DNA of 64,000 nt from Eledone cirrhosa (taxonomy: Eukaryota). Both the position numbers and the translations under genes were made by a program. The stretch spans positions 165,416,001 through 165,480,000 of the forward strand of contig OZ024741.1 of assembly GCA_964016885.1 (NCBI GenBank), written 5' to 3'. This document shows, in pieces, positions 26,616 to 37,482 of the stretch. How positions within the stretch are numbered: position 1 is the first letter of the stretch; the number at the start of each line of letters is the position of its first letter. The notes below the pieces were generated by a model, which saw only the letters and a program-made list of their open reading frames with translations, was not told the origin of the DNA and ran no database searches.

Positions 26616-26878
26616 ATACTTTGGGAGGGTCATGTTGCCAATAAGAAACACACGCACCAGTTGCTTTCACTTCAATTTATTATATATTTATAAATTTATA
26701 AATTTCTGGTTGGTTGGTTGGTTCCACAACCAGATAGTTGTTTATATATAGTCATAGTCCTTTCGTCACACACTCTGTGACCTCTTCTTATTGGCAACAT
26801 GACCCTCCCAAAGTATAACAATATCGGTTTCAACACACGATTTCAGATAAAGAATCTTGCTAAACAAATTCAGAAACG

Positions 26879-26880
<2 letters not shown>
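26610..26880. mobile_element. Fold-back remnant of the same PLE pseudo-LTR family as 33525-34675
   Basis: High identity to 33525-33776, with two oppositely oriented pieces joined near 26785 and (TA)n on both sides. An older copy is at about 22550-22812. Confidence 0.85.
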
Positions 26881-26929
<49 letters not shown>

Positions 26930-27639
26930 AACAAATAGGCATTAAATAATCCTTTAAATAAATTAAAAAATGATTTAAATATCTAAATATCTACCTGTTC
27001 TTAATGCTATTACCGGCGGTTTCCATTTACAATTCTTATAGTTCTGGTATCTCGAATTAGTACCATAGAACAACAATTATATTTTAGACACCCTATATAT
27101 CTCTATGGATACTTAGTACTCAGTGAGATATTTACCTCATTTATATATATATATATTTATATATATATATTTATATATATATATATACACATACACACAC
27201 CTTTTGAAAATTATAACACTGAAGTAGTCTCTTGACAAGCTGACTACGTCACAGCTTAAGTGCTTTTTAACTGCGCTCTGGCTGCACACCAGTCGGCGAA
27301 ACTGCGCAGTTGAGGGTGCAACGAATAATTGGGTAGATTTTGTCTATTTCCTCTTCACACTTATAGTTATGTTATATATATAGCTCTGATTAATTGATTA
27401 TTTAATTAATTCATTCGCAGCTATGAGAAAAAATTAGGTAAATGTTGTCTGTTTATTCTTCATACTTATAATACACACACACACATATACACACAGACAC
27501 GTGTGTGTGTGTGCATCTTCATATAGTACATGATTAAAAAATTACATGTTTCATAGTTGCTTTCAACATTTTAACTTAATACTATATACTACATAAGATG
27601 ATGAATTGGCAGAACTGTTAGGGCATCAGATTAAAAATA

Positions 27640-28440
27640 TGGTTAACTTTGCCTTTCATCCTTACGGGGTCGATAAAATAAAGTACCAGTAATGTACTGG
27701 GTAATTGCTGGCCTTGTGCCAAAAGTAGAAAAAATTATTCTATGTAGTATACATGCACCTGGGCACTGTACACAATAATTTTCATTATTATTATTATATA
27801 AGGGTGGTGGATTGGCAGTATCGATAGCGGGTAGATGCCATGCTTCCCAGCATAGTTACGTCCCTTTATGGACTGAGTTCAAATCCCGCCGAGGTTAACT
27901 TTGCCTTTCATCCTTTCGGGGTCGATAAAATAAAGTACCAGTAATGCACTGGGTAATTGCTGGCCTTGTGCCAAAAGTAGAAAAAATTATTCTATGTAGT
28001 ATACATGCACCTTTGATGCATTGTAGTGCACCTGGGCACTGTACACAATAATTTTCATTATTATTATTATATAAGGGTGGTGGATTGGCAGTATCGATAG
28101 CGGGTAGATGCCATGCTTTCCAGCATAGTTACGTCCCTTTATGGACTGAGTTCAAATCCCGCCGAGGTTAACTTTGCCTTTCATCCTTTCGGGGTCGATA
28201 AAATAAAGTACCAGTAATGTACTGGGTAATTGCTAGCCTTGTGCCAAAAGTAGAAACAAGTATTATATAAGGGTGGTGGATTGGCAGTATCGATAGCGGG
28301 TCGGATGCCATGCTTTACAGCATAGAGTTACGGGCCTTTATGAAAATAAAGTACCAGTCACGCACTGGGTCGATTTAAAGGACTTCCTCTCCCCCAAAAT
28401 TGTTGGCCTTGTGCCTATATAAGAAACCATTATTATTATT
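27640..28440 (+). repeat. Tandem amplification of SINE A plus spacer
   Basis: Four SINE copies in tandem. The spacer TCTATGTAGTATACATGCACC...GGGCACTGTACACAATAATTTTC(ATT)n and a shared CGATAGCGGG variant are repeated. Confidence 0.85.
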
Positions 28441-29480
28441 ATATCATTTATATATATTATACTTGTTTTATATCTCCACTAATTTTTTAAGATAGTAGGC
28501 TGTTATTTCTAGTAGGTCAAACAACTGATTAGAGGATATTTTATGGCTCATTATTTTGAAATGCAATTTTGGCAGATTCACTTATTTGTTCAGGTTGATT
28601 GACTAGGATGACTATATTAGAGGGGGTGAAGTGTGAGGAAAGAAGAACATATATATCTTGGGGGGAAGATGAAAGTTAAATAGTACAAAATATTGGCAAG
28701 AAATGGCTTTTAAAACTGAAATATATATTTATATATATATCATCATCATCATTGTTTAACATCTATTTTTCCATGCTAGCAAGGGTTAGATGGTTCATCC
28801 ACTTTATGAGACAAGACTGGTCAGTTGGCCGCACTGTACCTTGCTCAAATGGAACTGTATTTTGGCTGGGCGTTTTACAGCTGGATGCCCTTCGTAACAC
28901 CAACCACGTTTACAGTGTGGAAGTGGGTGGTCCCGCTGTGAGGAAGATCTGACCAGTTGATCATGCTGTACCTTGCCCATAGCTGCATTTAGGCTGCTGG
29001 GTGCCCTTCCTAACACCAGCCACATTAATATGAGACTGGGTAGTCCCATTTTATGAGGCAAGTCTGGCCAGTTGGCCGTACCTCACCTTGCTCATAATGG
29101 GACCACATTTAGGCTGGGTTTTTATGACTGCTGGATGCCCTTCCTGAACCTCAACCACGTTTACAGTGTGGGGCAGGGTGGTCCCATTATGGGGTAAGTC
29201 TGACCAATCTGCCGCACAGTACCTTGCTTATAATGGAACCGAATTTTGGCTTGTTTTGTTTTTTTGTTTTTTTATGGTTGTATACTCTATCTAACACCAA
29301 GCATGTCTACAGTGTGAAACTGGGTGGCACCGTTATGAGACAAGTCTGACCAGTTGGCCATGCTGTACCTTGCTCATATATATATACACACACACACACA
29401 CAGAAATGACTTCCACAGGACTGGAACTGTTTCATGCATACAAAATCACCAGGACTGATGTGTGTATGTGTGTGTGTATG

Positions 29481-29524
<44 letters not shown>

Positions 29525-29525
<1 letters not shown>

Positions 29526-30255
29526 ATAGATTCTGGTTGCACAAGCATTGAATCTACCATCATAGCCTCTCAAATGTGTTGTGTAGGCCATGTTGTGCGC
29601 ATGAATGAGGAAAGACTCTGAAAACAGCTATTTTACAGTCGATTGCACACTGAGAAACATCCTCAGCACAAACCAAGGAAACGATATAAGTTAAAAAACA
29701 GTCTTAAGGATCTACAGTTTAAAGTTCAGAACTGGGAAGTGTTTGCTTTAAAGAGGGTTGAATGGAGAAGACATGTGAAGGAAGGCTGCAGAATTTTTGA
29801 AGATAGACGCCTTGATCATGAAAAACTTAAACATCAGCTTCGAAAAGGCCACAGTATGAACCTCAATAAGAACATAGGGAACTGGATTTGTGAGGTGTGA
29901 GGTCATCTACTACTCTCTAAATCTGGGTACATCACTCATTTAAAATCACATAGAAAGCCAACTCAATGCAGCTCTACCCCTCCAATGCTAGGTGAGACAA
30001 CATGTGTGGTGTGCAAAAAGATCTGTAAATCAATCTCAAGTCTTAAAAGGCATATGAGAGTACATAAGGATGGCATCTCACAAACTGACCCAATCAATCC
30101 AATAGAGGTCACATCTTTTGTCTGTCACATTTGCTGCAGACCGTGCAAATCTAATGCTGGACTTAAAAGCCACCTAAGAGGACATGAACAGACGTTTGGA
30201 ATTGGTGACAGTTATTGGGGGGTGCATACATCTGCAAAGATGAAGCAATCACCAT
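29525..30255 (+). mobile_element. RTE-type LINE 3' end with C2H2 zinc fingers
   Basis: GHVVRMNEERL*KQL..., KPRKRYK..LKNSLK...WEVFALKRVEWRRHV, then CVVCKKICKSISSLKRHMRVH and CHICCRPCKSNAGLKSHLRGH, with stops and frameshifts. Confidence 0.8.
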
Positions 30256-31072
30256 GTATGTGTGTGTGTATTTATATATTAAGATTGTCCTTATTCTCTA
30301 ATCTAGACAACCATGATTTAGTCATTATGGTGTTAAGTTCATGATCATAAGGTTGTGGGTTCAATTCCTGGTGAGTGTGTTGTGTCCTTGAACAAGATAC
30401 TTCATTTAACATTGCTCCAGTTTACTACCCTGAAAATAAGTACCAGGGCTATGTAGAGCTACTTCAGCAATGGACCAGTGTACTATCCAGGAAAGAGGGT
30501 CTTGTAATTTCAGTCACTTAAGCCCATGAAACTGGGATAAGTTCCAGTATTTGTTGAAGCCATGCAAACATGAAAAAACAAGACAACATAAATCACTCTA
30601 AATCTTCACTAACATTAATTCAAAAGAAGAAGAAACGATAAGATAAGAAATGCAAATTCTAAAAAGAAAATGTTTTGATGATAAGTTTATCTGAAATATG
30701 TCTAAATACTGAACCTATTGCACGAAAAAAAAATCCATCATGTTCACTTCGTTTATTGAATAAACTAAACTAAAAAAAAAAAAACAAGTACTATATCTAA
30801 TGATATATAAGGCCCACCACCACTGCAATCATCACTACTGCTGACTATGCCATCTGCTACCACCACCACTACCCAAGTCACCAACACTGCCCCCCCCCCC
30901 CCCCCCCCACACACACACCTATTTCAACAGGTTTTTTTTCTTTCTCCTTTTCAATCTGTAAACAGAGAAACATCTAACATAGTTAAAACATGTAGCAGAA
31001 CTTTTCATTAAATAAATACCAGACATGATAAATACAACCTGTATATTCTGTATAGTGGTTGGTGATAGGAAG

Positions 31073-31243
31073 CAGTGCTGGATTTACCATTGTGCTTAGG
31101 TGTGCTTAAGCACATGGCCCCATTGACCGGGGGAGAGGGGGGCATCTTTCTGCCAGAAAAAAATGTTACAATGAATTTTTCAATTGTAAAGGGCCTCATA
31201 ACTTAATTAGCACAGGGCCTCATTTGTCCTAAATCCGGCACTG
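31073..31243. mobile_element. hAT-type MITE (same family)
   Basis: Same TIR with TSD ataggaag/gtaggaag. Confidence 0.85.
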
Positions 31244-32679
31244 GTAGGAAGGGCCAAACAAAGAGTCAGGAAGAATCTTCAACTATGTTAAATATATCAC
31301 AACTTCTGTAGTGTTGGAGCCATGATAAAATGCATCCGGTAGAGCGTTTGAGTACTTACTGGTCTGTGGTGACATGTCCAACTCTTGCTAGCAGAGAAAA
31401 TGGATAAATGACGATGATGATGTTGACGATGGAGGTCAATATAATTGACTAAGATCCTTGCAAGGTGGTGCCCCAGCATAGCCACAGTTTAGTGATTGTA
31501 ACCAGTAAAAGATTCCAAGTAACTTTGCATAGTACCTATGTGCAACTACATACACTGAGCCAATGATAGTTTTGTTAGTGATTGTCACATCAAATCAATA
31601 ATTATGATATATCTACTTCAATATTTCAGTCAGTCTTCTGACATTCTATTGGCTCAGTTAACATCAACACCCAACAACAATAATACTACTACAGTATGAA
31701 CTAGAAAGAAAACAAAAGTTCTTTTATATGGATCTGAACATAACATATTCTATCATATGAAAGAATCTTTCAAATTACAATGTATTCTGGAAATGTCCAT
31801 ATATATTTTCTACAACAGATTAGCAACACCAGATTTTTAATAACAAATTAGCAACAGAAGGATGTTCACTATCAATGGATTTTAAGCACTTTGTTACTGC
31901 TATGCTTCAACAATAATTTTAATAATATTTAGAAGAATCCAATGCAAATTCTTTGTGAAGTTATCTAGACACAGTCAATCAAATTGATTTACCCTTCAAC
32001 ATTCAGGAAAACCTTTGATGCACCTTTCCATGTCACTGAATAAGTACATTAAATCTGTAAGTTATCTGATGAGCAGTATAGCTAGTGTGAAGAAAGCAGA
32101 GAGTTGCTAGCTAATAGACATGGAACAGTTGGTGGGAGGGCTGCTTTAAAAACAATAAACAAAGATCAGTGAAACAGAAGATAGGTTTCAACTAAAGCCA
32201 TTTATGCTTTTCAACAACATAACATATATATATCAATATTTGTGGGTGGTGTGTGAGAGAGAGAGTTGGTTAGACATATCTAGCAATATGAATTGAATGA
32301 GGTTTTCCAAACAGCCGTTGTACTAACCTCCTGTGTAACACAAATGAAACTACAAATAACCATATAAATAAATATAAAGAATTACTTTCTTCTTCTAGTA
32401 TTGAATAAGAGGAGATCAATCAACAGAGAAATTCTGCTCATATTATCTGAAGATGTGTATTAAATTATATGTCTATATTTTTAGACTTCTGTTGTTATAA
32501 CAATAGGGTGCATTGATTGTGGTGTATTAGATAAAAAGCATTGAAACAGAAACCAAAGTGTTACCAATAAAGATGCACAGTTTCAGTGCTAATACATAAA
32601 TACATAAATACATACACACATACATATACACACACATACATACATATAAAAAGTGAGAGTGATGTGGAGTTCATATCCA

Positions 32680-33467
32680 TACATAATGAAGGAGTTCTGG
32701 TGGAATGTTCCAGTTAAAGCTCCAATAAAATGCAAACAAAACAGACCAGACATAGTTATATGGGACAGAGAAAAGAAAGCATGCACAGTCGTGGAAATCA
32801 GCTGCCAGCGGATGTCAATATAACAGACCTGCCAACTTCTAAAAGCCCAAACGAGGAATACCATGGAAAAAAGTGAGGCAAAGTGTGGAGATTTTACATA
32901 ATGAAAGCCATACCCATTTTAACAAGAGAAGACATTTCTCACCCACGCTAAAGTGAGTGGTAGATATCCCCGTCAGGTGGGGAGGGTTGATAGATCTGAT
33001 ATAATGTGCTAAAGATTAGTGAAAAGGAGAACATCTATGATAAATTAATGAGGAATCTGCAGATACTTCACCCAGACTATATCATTAGATTTGTACTTGT
33101 AATCATTGAGGCTCTGGTATATGTTACTAACTGCCTCAGTACAAATCTTGAGGAGCTGGGCTTTACAGAACCAGGAAGAATACGACTAGTTAGGAAGTTA
33201 CAAGTACAGTCCATTAATAGAAATGTAAAAAACATGTAAAACATTAAAGAAATTCAGCATGTAATAACTAAATATGCACATGTATTGATACACAAACATA
33301 TACACTTGTACACATATAACTCAAAAGATACAGATCCACATATGCAATAATATCCATGCAGACATACATATGTATTTACCTAGTTGATGTCTAAATTTCA
33401 ATTAAAGAGTCTTGTTAGAAACCAACTCTCTATTGATGGAAATTTATAAAATAATAAAACGAAAAGA

Positions 33468-33470
<3 letters not shown>
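32680..33470 (+). mobile_element. R4/Dong-type non-LTR element 3' end (restriction-like endonuclease and 3' UTR)
   Basis: WWNVPVK...NRPDIVIWDREKKACTVVEISC...EKENIYDKL is a PD-(D/E)xK type RLE motif. The same 3' UTR recurs at about 3750-4200 and 36220-36470. A MITE is inserted at 32824-32998. Confidence 0.72.
32824..32998. mobile_element. Unclassified MITE (TIR CAGACCTGCCAAC)
   Basis: Imperfect TIR with a flanking atataa duplication. A second copy is at about 45689-45884. Confidence 0.6.
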
Positions 33471-33527
<57 letters not shown>

Positions 33528-33739
33528 CGTTTTTGAATTTGTTTGGCAAGATTCTTTATCTGAAATCGTGTGTTGAAACCGATATTGTTATACTTTGGGA
33601 GGGTCATGTTGCCAATAAGAAACACACGCACCAGTTGCTTTCACTTCAATTTATTATAATAAATTTATAAATTTAGGAATTTATAAATAAATTTCTGGTT
33701 GGTTGGTTGGTTCCACAACCAGATAGTTGTTTATATATT

Positions 33740-33782
33740 GTCAAAGTTCTTTCGTCACACATTCTGTGACCTCTTCAGTGAC
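33740..33782 (-). ncRNA. Minimal hammerhead motif, inverted twin of 34490-34532
   Basis: Exact reverse complement of the 34490-34532 motif in the left arm, so it lies in CASK sense orientation. Confidence 0.78.
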
Positions 33783-33787
33783 TGGGG

Positions 33788-34291
33788 CGAATTAGCTTAC
33801 AAATTTAGAAGGGCCCTAGATAAACATAAACTCAATATTAAGATAGTAGAAAGACCAGGTACCTCCGTAAAAACACTTATTAGCAAGACATACTTCAAAG
33901 ACCCCCCTGTATAGATAAGAAATGTGTAACCTGTAAAATAAGCCCCCATATTAACTGTAAAACTAGAAATGTAGTGTATAGCATAAGATGTACTGAAGGA
34001 CAATGTAGAGACAAAAATATAGTGTACATAGGTGAGACAGCTCGTAGTGTAGGGGAACGGATAAATGAACACTGGCGAGACCTTCAAGATAGTAAAGAAT
34101 CATCTGTACTCTACCAACATGCTAAAATAGAACATAAGGGTAAATTAGAGAACATAGAAATAAAAATAGAATCCACACACAGAAAAGACGCAATGTTTAG
34201 ACAAATCACAGAGGCAATAAACATAAAAGAATTACAACCAAAATTAAATAGAAAATATGAGTGGAACAGCAACATCACAACTTACAATTAA
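33788..34291 (+). pseudogene. Penelope-like ORF C-terminus: Cys linker plus GIY-YIG endonuclease (frameshifted, no RT)
   Basis: KIVERPGTSVK, then a frameshift near 33905, then CIDKKCVTC...NCKTRNVVYSIRCTEGQC...VYIGETARSVGERINEH...HAKIEH...RQITEAINIKELQPKLNRKYEW. This has the VVY/YIG motifs, catalytic Arg, Glu and LN, and the Cys/His zinc ligands typical of PLE endonucleases. Confidence 0.88.
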
Positions 34292-34489
34292 AGACAAAAT
34301 GAAAACACACACGCACATAGAACAAACAACCAACCGGTAACATGTAAATAAACAAATAAATAAACGAATATAAACACACACAGACACCCGGATGTGGCGC
34401 ATGCGCAGACTGAGCACACAACACACACACAGAAACAAAATGGCGTAGGACAGAACAAAGGAGAAGCACAAAAACAAAAAGAATCCCCA

Positions 34490-34532
34490 GTCACTGAAGA
34501 GGTCACAGAATGTGTGACGAAAGAACTTTGAC
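34490..34532 (+). ncRNA. Minimal type I hammerhead ribozyme motif in the PLE pseudo-LTR
   Basis: GTCA-CTGAAGA-g-GTCACA-gaatg-TGTGAC-GAAA-G-aa-C-TT-TGAC: stem I GTCA/TGAC, intact CUGANGA and GAAA boxes, 6-bp stem II, very short stem III. Confidence 0.8.
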
Positions 34533-34869
34533 AACTATCTGGTTGTGGAACCAACCAACCAACCAGAAATTTATTTATAAATTCCTAAATTTATAAATTT
34601 ATTATAATAAATTGAAGTGAAAGCAACTGCGTGTGTTTCTTATTGGCAACATGACCCTCCCAAAGTATAACAATATATATATATATATATATACAGGAAA
34701 AAGTATGACCCCGACGGCAGATCTCAAGCCGTTTCGACGGCTCTTTCTGGTGCGTTATGGTTCATCTGGTTCCTTACCACAATTCCTTTGTTATATATAT
34801 ATATACAAGAGCATGAAACTAATAAACCTTTGTTCGTACTGCCTCTCTGTTTTGTTCCCGTTCCATTTT

Positions 34870-34936
<67 letters not shown>

Positions 34937-35492
34937 GAGGTTATAGTTCACTTGAAGCATTGTGTAATGAGGTATAAACGTTTGAATATGTATAATAAAG
35001 CCAAAACAATGCAGATTTATTTAAATAAATCTAAGGTAAAAGACGAATTGTCAACAATATCTTTTGCAATTGCATTCTTTTTTCTATGTCCATACCTGCA
35101 TTGTTTTGGCTTTATTATACATATTCAAACGTTTATATATATATATATATAAAGTTACAGTATCGTAAATGAGGATAGAAAGAGGGGGTATAAAGAGATG
35201 CGATACAGAGTGTTATTTGCCAAAAGCAGGTGCATAGGTGCTCAATGCTTGTGTAATCAGGGTTAAATATTAGAGGAGTTAATATTTAGTGTATGAATTA
35301 AAATCCTGCTGAGGTTAACTTTGCCTTTCATCCCTACGGGGTCGATAAAATAAAGTACCAGTAATGCACTGAGTAATTGCTGGCCTTGTGCCAAAAGTAG
35401 AAACAATATTTAGTGTACGAAGATAAGCAGAGCGGTTATAAGCGAAAATATTAATGAAAGAGAGGCAAGCCGTTAAATCACATTTATAAGAA

Positions 35493-35532
35493 GCTCTTAC
35501 ATATGTTTCGCCCAATAGGGCTCTTCTGAGGC
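35493..35532 (-). ncRNA. Hammerhead motif with one core substitution (fourth family)
   Basis: Minus strand gcct-CAGAAGA-GCCC-tatt-GGGC-GAAA-CATATG-TA-agagc: perfect stem II and palindromic ACATATGT stem III, but U4 is A and stem I is imperfect. It abuts (TA)n. Confidence 0.65.
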
Positions 35533-35579
35533 AATTATATATATATATGTATGTATGTACACATATATATATATATATA

Positions 35580-36136
35580 TAGTGGCTGCCAACTCGCTTT
35601 CGAGTACGGCCACTACTTTATATCCATGCAGGAGAACCCCTACCGATGCGCTGAACGAATGTGATTTTTTAGTCCAGCCAGCGACTTGAAAACTCTGGTA
35701 CAAACACTACACTTGTGACAATTACTGACACAGTGCTGGGCCCATGGTACCATGTGAAGACAAGTGCAGAGAGATCTCCAGATATAAAGCAATGCCTGTG
35801 CCGTGAAGCTTTTATAGTGAGCAAAGGCACTGCACAAAGCCAGTCCCACTCTCTTAACCAAGATGATGTTTACCAAAAAGAAGAACAAGTCAACATCATT
35901 GGATACCATCAGGGTTGCAGGTGTTATACCTAGAATTCTGCCTTGACAAAGGCTAAGGGGTCATCTCTCCTGGTGATTTTGGATGGCCATTGACTCTTAA
36001 GAGCTCCTTTGCCCTTTGACAGGTTTTGTTTTTAGTCCTACAGGATGTCCAAAGTCACCCTCCTCACCAAGAAACATTGGTGGGGTTGCCAGTTTAGTTG
36101 CCAACGACCCGACCATGAGACAGGTTGTACTGGGAT

Positions 36137-36137
<1 letters not shown>
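35580..36137 (-). mobile_element. Short internally deleted (bipartite) RTE-like element
   Basis: A GC-richer 5'UTR-like head is joined to a terminal C2H2 finger (CSVCTRVFKSLAGLKNHIRSAH) and a 3' hairpin, with (TA)n on both sides. A related decayed copy at about 3385-3700 shares SNDVD.FFFL. Confidence 0.55.
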
Positions 36138-36223
<86 letters not shown>

Positions 36224-36730
36224 CATACATATGTAGCAAGAGCATGTAATAACTGCATGTACACATATATAGATACAGAAACATTCACATGTATACATAT
36301 AACTCAAAATATACAGATCCACACATGCAATGACACATACACAAACACACATACACACACCATCACAGACATATATACATATAAATCTAGTTCATCTTGT
36401 CTAAATTCCAATGAAAGATCCTTGTTTCTTTGTAAGAAACTGGTTCTCTCTCTATTGGTGTAAGTCTTACTAATATTTACATTTCAACTCCATCCGTCGA
36501 TCCACTTCTACTTCCGAGTACTTAGCGCGGGTGCATTGAATTTGTGTTCAACAAGTGTAATTTAAAAGATTTATAAATAAAACCCGTATGTACATTCGTA
36601 CGTACATATGTACGTCCATACATACTACGTAGTCCATATATACACACATACAAAGGCAGGACTGAGTTTTAACTTTTTAATCAGATATTTCTCATATGAT
36701 ACAATATTAAAACTCGAATAGTCGTGTTTT

Positions 36731-37482
36731 TTAATAACACGTCTTAAGAAAGGCTATTCACCATATATTATCATCACTATTTAATAACACGTCTTAAGAA
36801 AGGCTATTCACCATATATTATCATCACTATTTAATAACACGTCTTAAGAAAGGCTATTCACCATAAATTATCATCACTATTTAATAACACGTCTTAAGAA
36901 AGGCTATTCACCATAAATTATCATCACTATTTAATAACACGTCTTAAGAAAGGCTATTCACCATATATTATCATCACTATTTAATAACACGTCTTAAGAA
37001 AGGCTATTCACCATAAATTATCATCACTATTTAATAACACGTCTTAAGAAAGGCTATTCACCATAAATTATCATCACTATTTAATAACACGTCTTAAGAA
37101 AGGCTATTCTCCATATATTATCATCACTATTTAATAACACGTCTTAAGAAAGGCTATTCACCATAAATTATCATCACTATTTAATAACACGTCTTAAGAA
37201 AGGCTATTCCCCAATATTATCATCACTATTTAATAACACGTCTTAAGAAAGGCTATTCCCCAATATTATCATCACTATTTAATAACACGTCTTAAGAAAG
37301 GCTATTCACCATATATTATCATCACTATTTAATAACACGTCTTAAGAAAGGCTATTCACCATAAATTATCATCACTATTTAATAACACGTCTTAAGAAAG
37401 GCTATTCACCATAAATTATCATCACTATTTAATAACACGTCTTAAGAAAGGCTATTCTCCATATATTATCATCACTATTTAA
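36731..37482. repeat. 50-bp minisatellite, about 15 near-identical copies
   Basis: Unit TTAATAACACGTCTTAAGAAAGGCTATTCACCATA(T/A)ATTATCATCACTAT with two 49-bp variants. Confidence 0.97.

Larger units (their letters stand above)
33525..34675 (+). mobile_element. Penelope-like retroelement, 5'-truncated, with inverted pseudo-LTRs
   Basis: About 200-bp near-perfect inverted arms (33582-33787 and 34485-34675) enclose a GIY-YIG ORF remnant. Each arm carries a hammerhead motif and both ends abut (TA)n. Confidence 0.88.

Noticed and set aside
29985-30344. C2H2 zinc-finger ORF as a host transcription factor exon
   Set aside because: It is contiguous with a decayed RTE C-terminus and ends in a retroposon tail.
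32066-32115. CTGATGA...GAAA as a hammerhead
   Set aside because: No convincing stem I, II or III pairing.
36731-37482. Possible CRISPR array
   Set aside because: Units are contiguous and near-identical with no unique spacers, there are no cas genes and the context is eukaryotic.
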